Below are positions 13,019 through 25,932 of a DNA stretch of 64,000 bases, piece after piece. Origin of the DNA: Felis catus (lineage: Eukaryota); NCBI RefSeq assembly GCF_018350175.1, contig NC_058369.1, positions 7,380,001 through 7,444,000 on the forward strand, written 5' to 3'. Both the position numbers and the translations under genes were made by a program. Under the pieces are notes generated by a model. It searched no databases and was not told the origin of the DNA. It saw nothing but the letters and a program-made list of their open reading frames with translations. The stretch's first letter is position 1. Each line of letters opens with the position of its first letter.

Positions 13019-13240
13019 AGAGACTCTTAAATACAGAGAACAAACTAAGGGTTTCTGGGGGAGATGTTGGGAGGAGGGCTGGGCTACAGCGGTGAGGGGC
13101 ATTAAGGAGGACACTTGTTGGGATGAGCACTGGGTATTATATGTAAGTGATGAATTACTAAATTCTATTCCTGAAATTATTATTACATTATATGTTAACT
13201 AAGTTGGATTTAAATTTTTTTAAGTGAAAAATAAAAAAAA
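13019..13240 (+). mobile_element. L1 3'-end fragment
   Basis: AGAGACTCTTAAATACAGAGAACAAACT...GGCATTAAGGAGGACACTTGTTGGGATGAGCACTGGG...A-rich tail. Confidence 0.85.
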
Positions 13241-13495
13241 AGATCATACTGGCAGCTGTTCATAGGACAGAACAGGGAAAGCAACAGTAAAAGTGGGGGT
13301 GGATGGTAAGGGGCAACAGCAGGGTCCAGGTGAGAATGGGGACTCCTTGGGAGCAGAAGAGATGATTGTACACATATTGAAGGAAATGTCAAAGGATCTG
13401 CTAGAGTTAGATTGGGATGAAAAGTGAGAAGAGGGGGAGATGTATAGCCAGTTTTGAGAACTTAGAGAAACCACAGAAGGTTTTTATACTCACAA

Positions 13496-14000
13496 TGTCA
13501 AGCTTCACACCCAAACCCTGTGCTCCTGGAAAACTGTGATGGGCAAGAAATTCCCCAGCCCTTTTTGTGTTCTGGGAAATGCCCGAATACAACGAAACAC
13601 CCTTCCCTGCATGACTTAGATAGGGCAGGATGATGACCCCTTGTTTACCTTTGACAATGCCAGGCACAGACCGTCCAAATTCCCACCTTTGTCTCATGAA
13701 TGAGTAGCTCCACTGTTTGTCCCCACTAAACTACTTAGATAAAATGCCTCTGAATTTGAGTTCACTAAACTTCAGCCACACTTCTCTCCTCCTGAACTCA
13801 CCCCTGAGCACAGGGACTCAGATCAACCCTCTACAGCCCCTCCCCGACAATCAGCTGACCTCCCTGACCAACTATCCTATCACCCCACCCACTCATCCCA
13901 CTTCCCACAGTCTTGTAAATTCTTTCCTATAAAAGAAAAGCTCTTTAGTGCCAGTGTTTAGGATGGGAGTATTCTGCCTACAGCAATGGTCTCTCCTTAC
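13496..14000 (+). mobile_element. Probable ERV1-class LTR remnant
   Basis: TG start and LTR-like composition (TGTTTACCTTTGAC, C-rich U3, TATAAAA box near 13928). Family not identified and right boundary uncertain. Confidence 0.45.
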
Positions 14001-14049
14001 AAAACCACTAAACTGGATAGGTGGTGGTGCTATCACCCTAAGAGGGAAA

Positions 14050-14573
14050 GATTAAGAAAAGGCAAATTCGACAGTTTCTTCAACAGATGATTTTGGGAAA
14101 GCTGGACAGTGACATGCAGGAAGAATGAAACTGGACCACTTTCTTCCACCATACACAAAAATAAATTCAAAATGGGTGGAAGACCTAAATGTGAGACTGG
14201 AAGCCATCGAACTCCTAGAGGAGAAAACCAGCAGCAACCTCTTTGACCTGGGCCGGAGCAACTTCTTACTACATAGGTCACTGAAGGCAAGGGGAACAAA
14301 AGCAAACATGAACTGTTGGGACTTCAACAAGATAAAAAGCCTCTGCACAGTGAAGGAAATGGTCAACAAAACTAAAAGCCAACCTACAAAATGGGAGAAG
14401 ATATCTGCAAGTGACATATCTTTTTTTCAGTTTATTAATTTTGAGAGAGAGGGGGGGGCACCTGGGTGGCTCAGTCAGTTAAGCATCGAACTTCAGCTCA
14501 GGTCATGACTCCACAGTTAGTGATTCCGAGCCCTGCATCAGGTGAGCACGAGCCCTGCTTTGGGTGAGCCACA

Positions 14574-14611
<38 letters not shown>

Positions 14612-14697
14612 TCTCCCTCCCTCCCTCCCTCCCTCCCTCTCTCTGCCCCTCGCTCACTTGTAGCCTCTCTCTCTCAAAAAGAGAGAGAGAGAAAGGC

Positions 14698-14742
<45 letters not shown>

Positions 14743-16010
14743 CAGGGAAAACATCCCAAACAGACTCCTTGCTGTTAGCACAGAGCCCAACGGGGGTTGG
14801 GCGGGGCGCCTCAATCTCACAAACTGTGAGATCATGACCTGAGCTGAAATCAAGAGTCAGTCGTTTAACCAACTGAGCCACCCAGGTGCCCCACAAATGA
14901 CATATCTGAAAAAGGATTAGTATCCAAAATCTATTTAAAAAAAACATCAAACTCAGGCTGTCTGGGTGGCTCAGTTGGCTGAGCTGAGCAGTTGAGCATC
15001 AGACTCTTGATTTTGGCTCAGTTCATGATCCTAGGTTTGCAGGATCAAGCCCCCCCATGGGGCTTGGCAATGAGTGTGGAGCCTGCTTAAGATTCTCTCA
15101 GTTTCCCTTTGCCCCTCCCCCCCACTCACATGCTTTCTCTCTCAAAATAAGTAAATAAGCTTCAAAAAAATTTTTTTAAATAAAAATAGAACTACCCTAT
15201 GACCCAGCAATTGCATTACTTGGTATTTACCCAAAGGATACAAAAATACTGATTCAAAGGGACACATGCACCCCAATGTTTACAGCAGCATTATCAACAA
15301 TAGTCAAATTATGGAAAGAGCCCAATTGTCTATCAACTGATGAATGGATAAAGAAGATATGGTATACATGTACAATGGAATATTACTCAGTCATCAAATT
15401 GAATGAAATCTTGCTATTTGCAGTGACATGGATGGAGCTAGAATGTATTATGCTAAGTGAAAGAAGTCAATCAGAGAATGACAAATACCATGTGATTTCA
15501 CTCATATGTGGAATTTAAGAAAACAAGAGATGAACATAAGGGAAGGGGGAAAAAAGAGAGGGAAGCAAACCATAAGAGACTCAACTATAGAGAACAAACT
15601 GAGGGTTGGTGAGGGAATTGGGCAAGGGATGGGCTAAATGGGTGATGGATATTAAGGAGGGCACTAGTGATGAGCACTGGGTGTTAGCTGTAAGTGATAA
15701 ATTACTTTTTTAACATTAATTATTAAGAGACAGAGAGAGACAGAGCATGAGCATGGGAGGGGCAGAGAGAGGGGGAGACACAGAATCCGAAGCAGGCTCC
15801 AGGCTCTGAGCTGTCAGCACAGAGCCCGATGCGGGGCTCAAACTCACAAACTGCGAGATCATTGGCCTGAGCCAAAGTCAGATGCTTAACCAACTGAGCC
15901 ACCCAGGCACCCCTGTAAGTGATAAATTACTAAATTCTACTCCTGAAACCAATATTACACTATATGTTAACTAACTAGAATTTAAGTAAAAAGTTGAAAC
16001 AAAAAAAAAA
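14050..16010 (+). mobile_element. L1 3' portion (ORF2 C-terminus and 3'UTR) interrupted by several CanSINEs
   Basis: ORF 14125..14508 ([15 protein letters not shown]) and ORF 15276..15518 (MFTAALSTIVKLWKEP). 3' tail at ~15990-16010. Confidence 0.85.
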
Positions 16011-17454
16011 TGTGGCAAATTGTTCAAGGTGAAGTTTTACAGGAAAACACATATATTTTGTATAATATGTGAAAATTAATATGTATATATCATATACAAT
16101 ATACCTTACAGATACACAGAACATTTAACATATTTTACGTATGGCATATTTTCCCATCAAATCAGAAGGGGTGGCTCAGATGGTTAAGCAGCTGACTCTT
16201 GACTTCAGCTCAAGTCATGATCCCACAGTTCGTGGGTTCAAGCCCAACACTGGGCTCTGCACTGGCAGTGCACAGCCTGCTTGAGATTCTCTCTCTCCCT
16301 CTCTCTCTGCTCCTCCCCTGCTTGTGTGTTCTTTCTTTCTCTCAAAATAAATAAATAAACTATTAAAAAGAAGGGGGAGGGGTTATATAGCAACAGAGAG
16401 CCCAGGCACTAAGGAACTAGGGAGCACAGAGAGGGAGTACGTCTATCCATCTGACCACTGTCTCCCACATCATGGCAATAGAGGAAGGGATGGACAGCTG
16501 GAGGGCTCAGGAAAGGAAGGGAAATTTCCTCCTAGGGCAGGGCAACTCCCACAAGATATGCTCCCCCTTAGAGAGGCTTTTGGGGGAATTGAGACTTTGG
16601 GGGCAATCTTTTTGTAAGAAGTATATCAAGACCTATTGTTTAGTTTGTGGGAATGTGGGTTGGCAGGAATAATTTCAAAACTAGGTAGACCAGCAGGCCA
16701 AGGGAGGGCTTCTAGGGGATAACTTATCTGGGTTCCAAGTTCAGACCACCAATCCCTTGGCACTGGCTAGAAAAACTGTCTTAGCCACAGATGACAAAGG
16801 ATGACTAGAGGCCACTGATAGTTGGGAGTGTGCTGGGATATTGGAATTTATGTCTACTAAAATTTTAAATAGTCCTATGCTTTCAACTAGCAACTTGTAG
16901 GACCAGAGCCAAGAGAAACTCTGGCATCTGTGCAGATAGATAGATAGATAGATAGATACATGTGTGTGTGTTCAAGCTTGTTCATTAAAAACTGTTTATA
17001 ATAGGTAAAAACTGGAACCAATTGAAATATACATTACATTATAGCAAGGGCCCAAATAATTATCATATATTCATACTGTGGGAAATGATTATGGTGTTTA
17101 AAACAAAAACTAATATAGATCTGAAGGTAAAGTATAAATATATTTACATAATTTATAAAATATGTATATGCAGAAAGGTATATACATGCATTAAAAATGA
17201 CTCTTAGGCAGGGGCGCCTGGGTGGCTCAGTCGGTTGGGCATCCAACTTCGGCCCAGGTCATGATCTGACAGTTCGTGGGTTCGAGCTCCGTGTCAGGCT
17301 CTGTGCTGACAGCTCAGAGCACAAAGTCTGGAGCCTGCTTTGAATTCTGTATCTCCCTCTCTCTCTGCCCCTTCCCTACTCACACTCTGTCTCTGTCTCT
17401 CAAAAATAAACATTGAAAAAAAATTTTTTAATAAAAAAAAAGAAAATGACTGTC

Positions 17455-19230
17455 AGGCAAAGGACTTGAACAGATATTTCTCCAAAGAAGGCATATAGGG
17501 GCGCCTGGGTGGCTCAGTCAGTTAAGTGTCGGACTCGGTTTCAGCTCAGGTCATGATCTCATGGTTTGTGAATTTGAGCCCCATGTCAGACTCTGCACTG
17601 AGAGTGCAGAGGGGATTCTCTCTCTCCCCTCTCTCTCTGCCCCTACCCCACTTGGGCTCTCTCTCTCAAAATAAATAAACATTAAAATAAAGACATACAT
17701 ATGGTCAATAAGCACATAACAAGATGTTCAACATCATTAATCATCAGGGAAATGCAAATCAAACCCATAAGGAAATGCTACTTCATATCTATTAGGATAG
17801 CTATTACCAAAAAAATAAAAATAGGGGCACCTGGGTGGCTCAGTCAGTTAAGCGTCCAACTTCAGCTCAAGTCATGATCTCACGGTCTGTGGGTTTGAGC
17901 CCTGTGTCAGGCTCTGTGTTGACAGCTTGAAGCCTGGAGCCTGCTTCAGACTCTATGTCTCCCTCTCTCTCTGCCCCTCCCCTGCTTGCTCTCTCTCTCT
18001 CTCTCTCAAAAATAAACACACACTAAAAAAATTTTCAATAAAAAATAAATAAATAAAAATGTGTTGGTGAGGATATGGAGAAATTATAACCCTTACTCAT
18101 TGCTGATGGTAATGTGAAATGGTACAGCCACTGTAGAGAATAGTGTTGTGGTTCCTCAAAAAGCTTAATATCGAATTACCATATGATCCAGTAATTCCAC
18201 TTCTGAGTATATATCCAAAAGGACTGAAAGCAGAAACTTGAAGAGATATTTGTAAACCAATGTTCGTAGTGGCATGATTCACAAAAGCCAAAAGGTGGAC
18301 AACCCAAATGAACAGAAAAACAAAATGTATACACTTAAGGTTGAATAATGTTATAGTTATATATTATATTATATAAAACTCTAGTGTAAATAAATGTAAG
18401 TGCATAGAAAATATATTTACATACTACATCTATATTAAATATAAGTTCATTTTACAATATAAATTATAAAATATATACAAAATGTGAATATACAAAAATG
18501 TAAAATATGCAAAACATGTTAACTATATAATATGAAATATATAAAAATATAACAAAATATAAAATATGCAAAATATAAACATATATAAACTATGTCTATA
18601 ATGAATATATAAATATAATATTATTCAACCTTACAAAGGAATAAAATCCTGATACATGCTACAACACGCGTGTATTTTAGAACATTACGCTAAGTGAAAT
18701 AATCTAGACACAAAAGAACGATATTGCACGATTCCACTTATATGAGGTACCAACAATAGTCCAGTTTAGAGAGAAAGAAAATAGAATAGAGATTACCAGG
18801 GGCTGGGAGTTAGGGTTACGGGAAGTTTTTTGTTTCTTTTTTTAATTTTTTAAAAATGTTTTTATTTCTGAGACAGAGCGTGAGTGGGGAAGGAGCAGAG
18901 AGAGAGGGAGACACAGAATCTGAAACAAGCTCCAGGCTCTGAGCTGTCAGCACAGAGCCCGACGCCGGACTCGAACCCACGGACTGTGAGATCATGACCT
19001 GAGCCGAAGTCGGATGCTTAACCAACTGAGCCACCCAGGCGCCCCATGGGGCGTTATTTCTTTTTAATGAGAACAGTTTCATTTGGGGAAAATGAAAAAT
19101 TTTGAAGATGCGTGGTGGTAACGGTCGCACAATAATGTGATTGTACTTCACGCCAATGAACAGTACCCTCAAAAAAGGTTAAAGGGAAATTTTTATGATA
19201 TGTACATTTGACCACAATTAAAAAAAAAAA
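17455..19230 (+). mobile_element. Older L1M-type 3' region interrupted by CanSINEs and an AT-rich low-complexity tract
   Basis: GACTTGAACAGATATTTCTCCAAAG, ATCAGGGAAATGCAAATCAAA, TTACCATATGATCCAGTAATTCCACTTCT, ATTCCACTTATATGAGGTAC. Confidence 0.75.
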
Positions 19231-19423
19231 AAATACGGCAAGGCCACACTGCCATCAGTAACACTGGAGGCCTACAAAGCAGGACATTGTATTTTATGTG
19301 CACTTGGCAGGGAGAGTGTGAAGGGAACCGCTAACATTCTTACTATAGTTTCTGAATTATTTGAATGTTAACAAAAACAACATACCCATGCATCACTTGT
19401 GTAATCAAGAAAAACAGTCAAGC

Positions 19424-19650
19424 GGGGCGCCTGGGTGGCGCAGTCGGTTAAGCGTCTGACTTCAGCCAGGTCACGATCTCGCGGTCCGTGAGTTCGAGCC
19501 CGGCGTCGGGCTCTGGGCTGATGGCTCAGAGCCTGGAGCCTGTTTCCGATTCTGTGTCTCCTTCTCTCTCTGCCCCACCCCCGTTCATGCTCTGTCTCTC
19601 TCTGTCCCAAAAATAAATAAAAACATTGGAAAAAAAAAAAAAAGAAAAAA
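19424..19650 (+). mobile_element. Young feline-type CanSINE (SINEC_Fc-like) with target-site duplication
   Basis: GGCGCAGTCGG...TTCAGCCAGGTCACG...GGGCTGATGGCTC...TGTTTCCG variant, CpGs retained. TSD AAAAACAGTCAAGCG on both sides. Confidence 0.9.
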
Positions 19651-20279
19651 AAACAGTCAAGCGCAAACAAACATAATGCACGTAGCTGAGGCGTCACCTC
19701 CGCACACAGCTAATCTCACGGATCAGAGTGACTTTTGCCTTCTTTCCAACCAAGGGAAGAGCTTTTTAAATCAAGAGTCTACCCTCTTCCCAGGGGAGCC
19801 TGGATGGCTCAGTCCCTTTAAGCGCTGGACTCCTGCCTTAGGCTCAGGTCACGATCTCACGGCTCCTGAGTTCAAGCCCCGCATCAGGCTCTCTGCCCGC
19901 TTCCCCCCACGTCCGCACAGACGCGCGCGCTCTCGCTCTCTCTCTATCTCAACTAAACAAACTTAAAAAAAATACAAAACCTTTAAAAAAATAAAAAATA
20001 AAACTCGACCGCGAGGGCAGGCCCTTGGAGGAGAGGTGTAGCTGATTTGCCAAGTACATAAATGAATAACTTTAATTGTAAGGCTTGTTACTTAATTTTC
20101 ACTTATTTCATTTTCTTCATTACACTTTTTTATTGACCCTCACGCTTAGAATCCTGAGAAAGCATTTTCCCAAATGAATTTATCAAACGTAATTCACCAA
20201 AATTAAGTTTAAGATATTCTCACCTCAGCAATTCTCACAAAAGCCACAAGTGAAATTCTCCCGTATAACGAAGGCAGAA

Positions 20280-20920
20280 GGGGACACCCGGGAAGTAGAT
20301 TTCACCAACACCTCTCACTCCCGCCCCAACCGACACCCCCAGTTCAGAAGGTCGGAAGGACCCTGAGAAGCGACCAACGTCCGTTGATCTCCACGCTCGC
20401 GAGACCCAGCCCCTGCCGGGGCGCGCGGCCGCCCACTCAGTCCCCGCCCCCCCGCCAGGGCCCCGCCCCCACCGAGACCACGCCCCCGCCGGCCACGCAC
20501 CCCACAGAGGCCCGCCTCCGAGAGGCCCCGTTTGCCCACCCTGACCAAGACCCCGCCTTCCGCGAGCCTCGCATCCTCGCCGTAGTCAAGACCCACTCCC
20601 CAGAGGCCCTTCTCCCAGCTCTAGCTCCGACCTCGCACCTGCAGCCGCTCTTCTGTGCCGCAGGCAAATAAAGAGAAAACCCGTAAAGGGAAGTTGGCCG
20701 CTGCTCAGGTCCCAAGCACTCCACTTCCGGTCTCGGGGCCTAAAGGTGGAAGGAAGGCTCCGGCAGGACTTAGCGGCGCCGAGGCCGAGGGCACGGACTT
20801 CGGCGCGGGACCAGAACGGTACAGAGTCGGTTGGACCGAGCCTCGCGCCCACCTCGGACCAGTCAGGCAGCTCCCAATCAAAAAATGCTGTTCTCTGAGT
20901 TCCTGCAGCGGGGTTCAAGG
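20280..20920 (-). promoter_or_regulatory. CpG-island promoter, probably of the minus-strand KRAB-ZNF locus; candidate non-coding first exon ending at 20639
   Basis: Dense CpG, GC boxes, ETS-type CCGGAAGT on the minus strand (~20723-20730), CCAATC at ~20874, and a minus-strand donor CAG|GTGCGA at 20639/20638. Gene assignment is inferred from orientation. Confidence 0.6.
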
Positions 20921-21748
20921 ATGTACTAAGCTTGGAGGTGCTTTGTTATGAAGCAGTTGATACCTGATACATCCTTTTCACTATTCTTTAAAAACTTCTT
21001 TGCCCCTTCCCAGAAGTTTTTGGTATTACCTTTGAACTTGTACATTTCTGTAGTAGTCTTGGGACCGTTGGCCTTATGTTTTAAATCTTTCCGTTTTTAT
21101 ATGGCAAATAGTGAAGCATTTTTAGACTTTCATTAAGTATGAACATGTTTAGATCTTTTATATATTTCACTTGCTGGTTTTGTGTGGTCACCATCACTTT
21201 TTGTTTTTATTGAAGTTTTTATGTGTGTAAGTAATCTCAACACACAACGTGGGGTATTGAACTCAGGAGCCCAAGATCAGGAGTCGCATGCTCTTGTGAC
21301 TGAGCCAGCCAAATGCCCCAACCATCACTTCCCTTAATAATGCTTTTCCTTTCATTTATTCAAGTCCTGCCTTCACAGAACTCTTTTTTCAACTGGGGAG
21401 GAAGACAGATGGTAAAACAAACATACAAGAAAACATTTCCTATGTGAGTGCCACATTGGAATGTACTATTTATAGGATGTTTACAAACTGAATCCTGTAG
21501 AGATTCATTCAATCATTTCTTTTTAAACCTCTTAAAAAGGGGCTCCTGGGTGGCTCGGTTAAGAGTCTGACTTTGGCTCAGGTCATGATCTTACCATCCA
21601 TGAGCTCAAGCCCCATGTAGGGCTCTGTGCTGAGAGCTCAGAGCCTGGATCCTCCTTCAGATTTTGTCTCTCCCTCTCTCTCTGCCCTGCCCTCTCTCCC
21701 CAAAATAATAAACATTAAATTTTTTAAAATAAGAAATACCAAAAAAAA

Positions 21749-22134
21749 GTTGACCTTAAAAATTATTTTACTAGCAAAGTATAGGTTTATTCAAGAATTG
21801 CCAACAATTACAATTTGGGACAAGCAAACAATGGCAAAAACCATAGTATAGCCCAACAAAGTAGAGGAATGTTATTTCAAGGAAAAGAGTAAGTTGGGAG
21901 GGGTTGTTTTGAATCAGTCTGACTGACAGACAAAAGCAAGAGTTGAGAGTGATGAGGAGTTTCCCATCTGCTGAGTTGCCTGGGTAATCAATTTCTTGCA
22001 TGAGACACAATGTACATCATTCCCTGTTGGGGCTTGTGACAGTTCTTCCTGTAGTTAACATGGAGTAGTAGAGTTAGACCTATCCCTTCTGGCCTCCTGA
22101 CTCCATTTTAGTGAGGTTGCCCTTTATTTTCACA
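21749..22134 (-). mobile_element. Solo LTR (ERV1-like)
   Basis: Minus strand begins TGTGAAAATAAAGGGCAACCTCACTAAAATGGAGTC and ends TTAAGGTCAAC. Homologous to 24089-24504. Confidence 0.7.
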
Positions 22135-22949
22135 AAAGGAAACAAATTTATAGTTTAAATTTTATTTTATTTTTTAAGATTTTATTTATCATTAAAGATT
22201 TTATTTTTAAGTAATCTCTATACCCAACATGGGGCTCAAACTCACAACCCCAAGATCAAGAGTTGCATGTTACACAAACTGAGCCAGCCAAGTGCCCCCT
22301 ATAGTTTAAATTTTTAAGAACTTTTGGGGTGCCAGGGTGGCTCTGTCGGTTAAGCGTCCAACTTCAGCTTAGGTCATGATCTCACTGCTCATGGGTTAAA
22401 ACCCCCCCACACTGGGTTCTGTGCTGACAGCTCAGAGCCTGGAGCCTGCTTCCAATTCTGTGTCTTCCTGTCTCTCTGCCCCCCCCCCCCCCCCGCGCTC
22501 TGTCTCTCTCTCAAAAAGTTACATAAACATTAAATAGAATCATATATACACTGGAGCAAGGCTTCTTTTCATACAACATGTTTTTAAGATCATCCATGCT
22601 CATGTCCTTTTAAAAGTTCTCATTAAAGGGCAAGGGGCACTAAGGAGGACATTTGTTGGCATGAGCTCTGGGTGTTATATGTAAGTGATGAATCACTCAA
22701 TTCTACTTCGGAAATCATTATTACACTACATGTTAGCCAACTTGGATGTAAATTTTAAAAAATTAACAGTTTTTTTCAATTAAAAAATTAAAATAAAAGT
22801 TCTCTTTTAAAAAGAAAAGAAAAGCCCTTTTCCTGTCCCACTATACTTTTGGGTTATAACATCAGCCTAGTGCTTGGGGCGAAGGGGGAGAAGGAGCAGC
22901 GGGGAGACGGAAGGAGCAGCAGATGAGAAAACTGAGGTCCAGAGTCATC

Positions 22950-23560
22950 TGGACCCATTACTTCCACCACACCAGAGCAACCCGGCCCCCGCCTGCCGGG
23001 AAGAGCGCTGGATCCGGAAGTCTCGGAAAACGCGCCGCAAGGGACTGACCGGCCCTGCCCTTTGGCCCCGGATCTTTCGGGCCAGACCCACCAGGCGACA
23101 CCAGAGCTGGGCGCCCCCATATGCCCCAGAAGCGAGGCAGCCTGCGGCGGCGCCCCGGCTGACAGACACTTCTGCTTCCGATTTTGTGAGCCGAGATGGC
23201 GCGGGTCCCCCGGGCTCCCGCCCAGCGGAGTCGGAGGAAGCAGAGCTTGAAGAAGCCAGCGGGTAGGCAAGGGTCTTGAATCCGCCCAGCCAGGAAGGAG
23301 TACGAGGACTAGTGGGCGGGGCAGGGGCGGGGACAGTGTCTGGGGGCGTGGCCTGGCCTGAGACAAGGCCTTGGGGGCGTGGCGGGGGGGGGGTGAAGAC
23401 CAATCCTAGAAGGCGGAGCTTGAGGGTAAGCGTAGTGCGTTGTGGGCAGGGCTAAGGGGGCTTCCGGGCTCAGGGGGCGGACACCGGATGAGAACCAGGT
23501 GTGAGGGCAGGGCTTGGGCGGGCCTCACGCTCGGTGGGCCCGTCCTCAGGATGCCCAATA
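22950..23560. promoter_or_regulatory. Second CpG island with GC-box cluster; no associated coding exon found
   Basis: High CpG density, CCGGAAG motifs, YY1-like GAGATGGCG (~23193), several GGGCGG/GGGCGTGG boxes at 23313-23385, CCAATC at ~23400. Confidence 0.65.
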
Positions 23561-24088
23561 AAAGCTTTTCTTGCTTCTTTTGTCATTCCTTCCAAGACTC
23601 TGTGACAGAACACCAGGTTCACAAAAGTATCTGTCAGTCCACAAAGTGGATCACACCTCCATTCATTCCGTTCCTTCCTTAGGGCCTTAACGTTTTTAAA
23701 TTTTCTTCTTCAGTGGGTTGTCTTTCAGTTAGGTTTACTCCTAGGCACTATATATATACATTTAATTTTTTGTTTCATTTCCCATTTGATTGTTTTGGGG
23801 GAGTTCTGAGAGATGGGGGACGTGCTCTGACTTAAGTCACAAATGTAAATAAGAGTATCCAGCCCATACAGTAGATGCCCGACAAGTATACATTCCTTCC
23901 ATTTATGAAGGGTGACGAGGTGTATAAATACTAGCAACGTCTCCTAATTCCTATATTGTGAGGGTACAATGATCTACATAGCTAATCCGGTGACGTGCTG
24001 CCATCTTCTGGTGATTGAGGGTATTACACTCTATCTCAAGTAGCTCTTGAAACCAACTATAAAACTTTACTTCCCTATTGGAAAGGTT

Positions 24089-24504
24089 TGTGAAAACTAA
24101 TAAAAGGAAACCTCATTTAGAATGGAGTTGGGAGACCAGCAGGGAGAGCTTTCATGCCCAGCACTAGTCAATTGTAGGTCCAACAGGAAGAGAGGGACCT
24201 TGTAAGTAAGTACTCCTTTAGTATCCCAGCAAGAGGAAGGAAGCTTTTTCCTCCCCCAGCAACAGCTCAGCCAATGAGAAGCCACTATACTTCAAACTCC
24301 CAATTTATTCCAATGCACTTTTAATTTATAAAAGCCCCTCCCCACTCCCCCTTTTTCCTCTATAAAAAGAGCTACCTTCCTTTATTGTGGGGACTTACCT
24401 ATGGTTTTGCCATGGTTTGCCTGGGCCTGGGGTTGCAAATTTTTGCTGTTCCTAAATAAGCCCATCTTTTGCTGATAAAAGCAAGTTTTTTTTTAAGGTC
24501 AACA
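24089..24504 (+). mobile_element. Solo LTR (ERV1-like), TG...CA termini
   Basis: TGTGAAAACTAATAAAAGGAAACCTCATTTAGAATGGAGT ... TTAAGGTCAACA, with internal CCAAT and TATAAAA boxes. Confidence 0.75.
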
Positions 24505-25075
24505 GTTCTCACATTAAATGTTGATTTATTTATTTCTGAGAGACAGAGAGAGCAGGGGAAGGGCAGAGAGAGAGTAAGAGAGAATCCCAACCAGGATCCG
24601 TGCTGTCGGTGCAGAGCCCCTCGTGGGACTCCATCCCACCAACAGAGAGATGGTGACCTGAGCCGAAATCAAGAGTCGGTCGCTTAACCAAGGGAGCCAC
24701 CCAGACACCCCAACAGTTCTCACTTTGAAAAGCATTTTCCCTTCCCACTATACCTTTGGTTATATCTGCCTGGTGTTTGAGGTAAAGAGAAAGAATAGTT
24801 TGACAGATGAGAAAACTAAGGCCCAGAACCATGTACACCCCCCAGCCATCTGGTTGGAGGAATTCAGGGAATGAGTGTGAGTTTCTGGAGAATGAACAAG
24901 TGCAAAGGTCCTGAGGTAGGAGAGGTTTGGCCTCTAAAACAACAGCAGAGGGGCACCTGGGTATTTCAGTCAGTTAAGCATCCGACTCTTGATTATGGCT
25001 TAGGTCATGATCTCACAGTTTCTGAGTTCGAGTCCTGCATCAGGCTCTGTACTGACAGTGCAGACCCTGCTTGGG

Positions 25076-25129
<54 letters not shown>

Positions 25130-25932
25130 CCTCTCCTTCAAAATAAATAAACTTTTAAAAAGTAGGCAACATCAGAAGTCCAGTGTCTAAAATGTTTGAA
25201 GTGAGTCGGGCAGGTTGGAGACTAATTGGAAGTGAAGTCAGAGAAGCAATGAAGTCAGATCATACAAGGCCATCCGAGCAACTCTAAGAATTGTGGGTGT
25301 TACCTTGAGAGCAATGGAGGAGCCCCTGAAGAGTTTTGAGCTCCAGGAGCAACATGACCTGATGTCTATTTTTAAAACTCTCTTTGGGGCGCCTGGGTGG
25401 CTCAGCTGGTTGAGTGTCCGACTTCGGCTCAGGTCACGATCTCGCGGTCCGTGAGTTCGAGCCCCGCGTCGGGCTCTGTGCTGACAGCTCAGAGCCTGGA
25501 GCCTGCTTCGGATTCTGTGTCTCCCTCTCTCTCTGCCCCTCCGCCATTCATGCTCTGTCTCTCTCTCCTTCAAAAATAAATAAACATTTAAAAAACTTTA
25601 AATAAATAAAATGAAATTCTCTTCGTCTTTTGTGTGACTCTAGGGAAGAAAAGATAGAATCAGCGAGGACCATTAGAAAGTTAAGGCAATAATCCCAGTG
25701 ACAGATGGAGATGGCTGGACAAAGGTGGCTGGGGAGAATGGAGGGAGTGGAATCCACTCTGGTGCTAAAATTAAGGCAGAGCCAATGGCTATCTGCTAAT
25801 GGATTTGTGTAGTTTTAGAATAAAGAGTCAAAAATGACCCAAGGGATTTTTGTTTCTTTATCATTGTGAAAAATAATTCTGGACATTGGTAAAGAGACTT
25901 CATTCAAAAGGGTTATTGAAAGAGGGAGAAAA

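Noticed and set aside
10620..13240. Twin-priming 5'-inverted single L1 insertion
   Set aside because: Both the minus-strand piece and the plus-strand piece at 13019-13240 have their own 3' ends, with different 3'UTR variants, so they are separate insertions.
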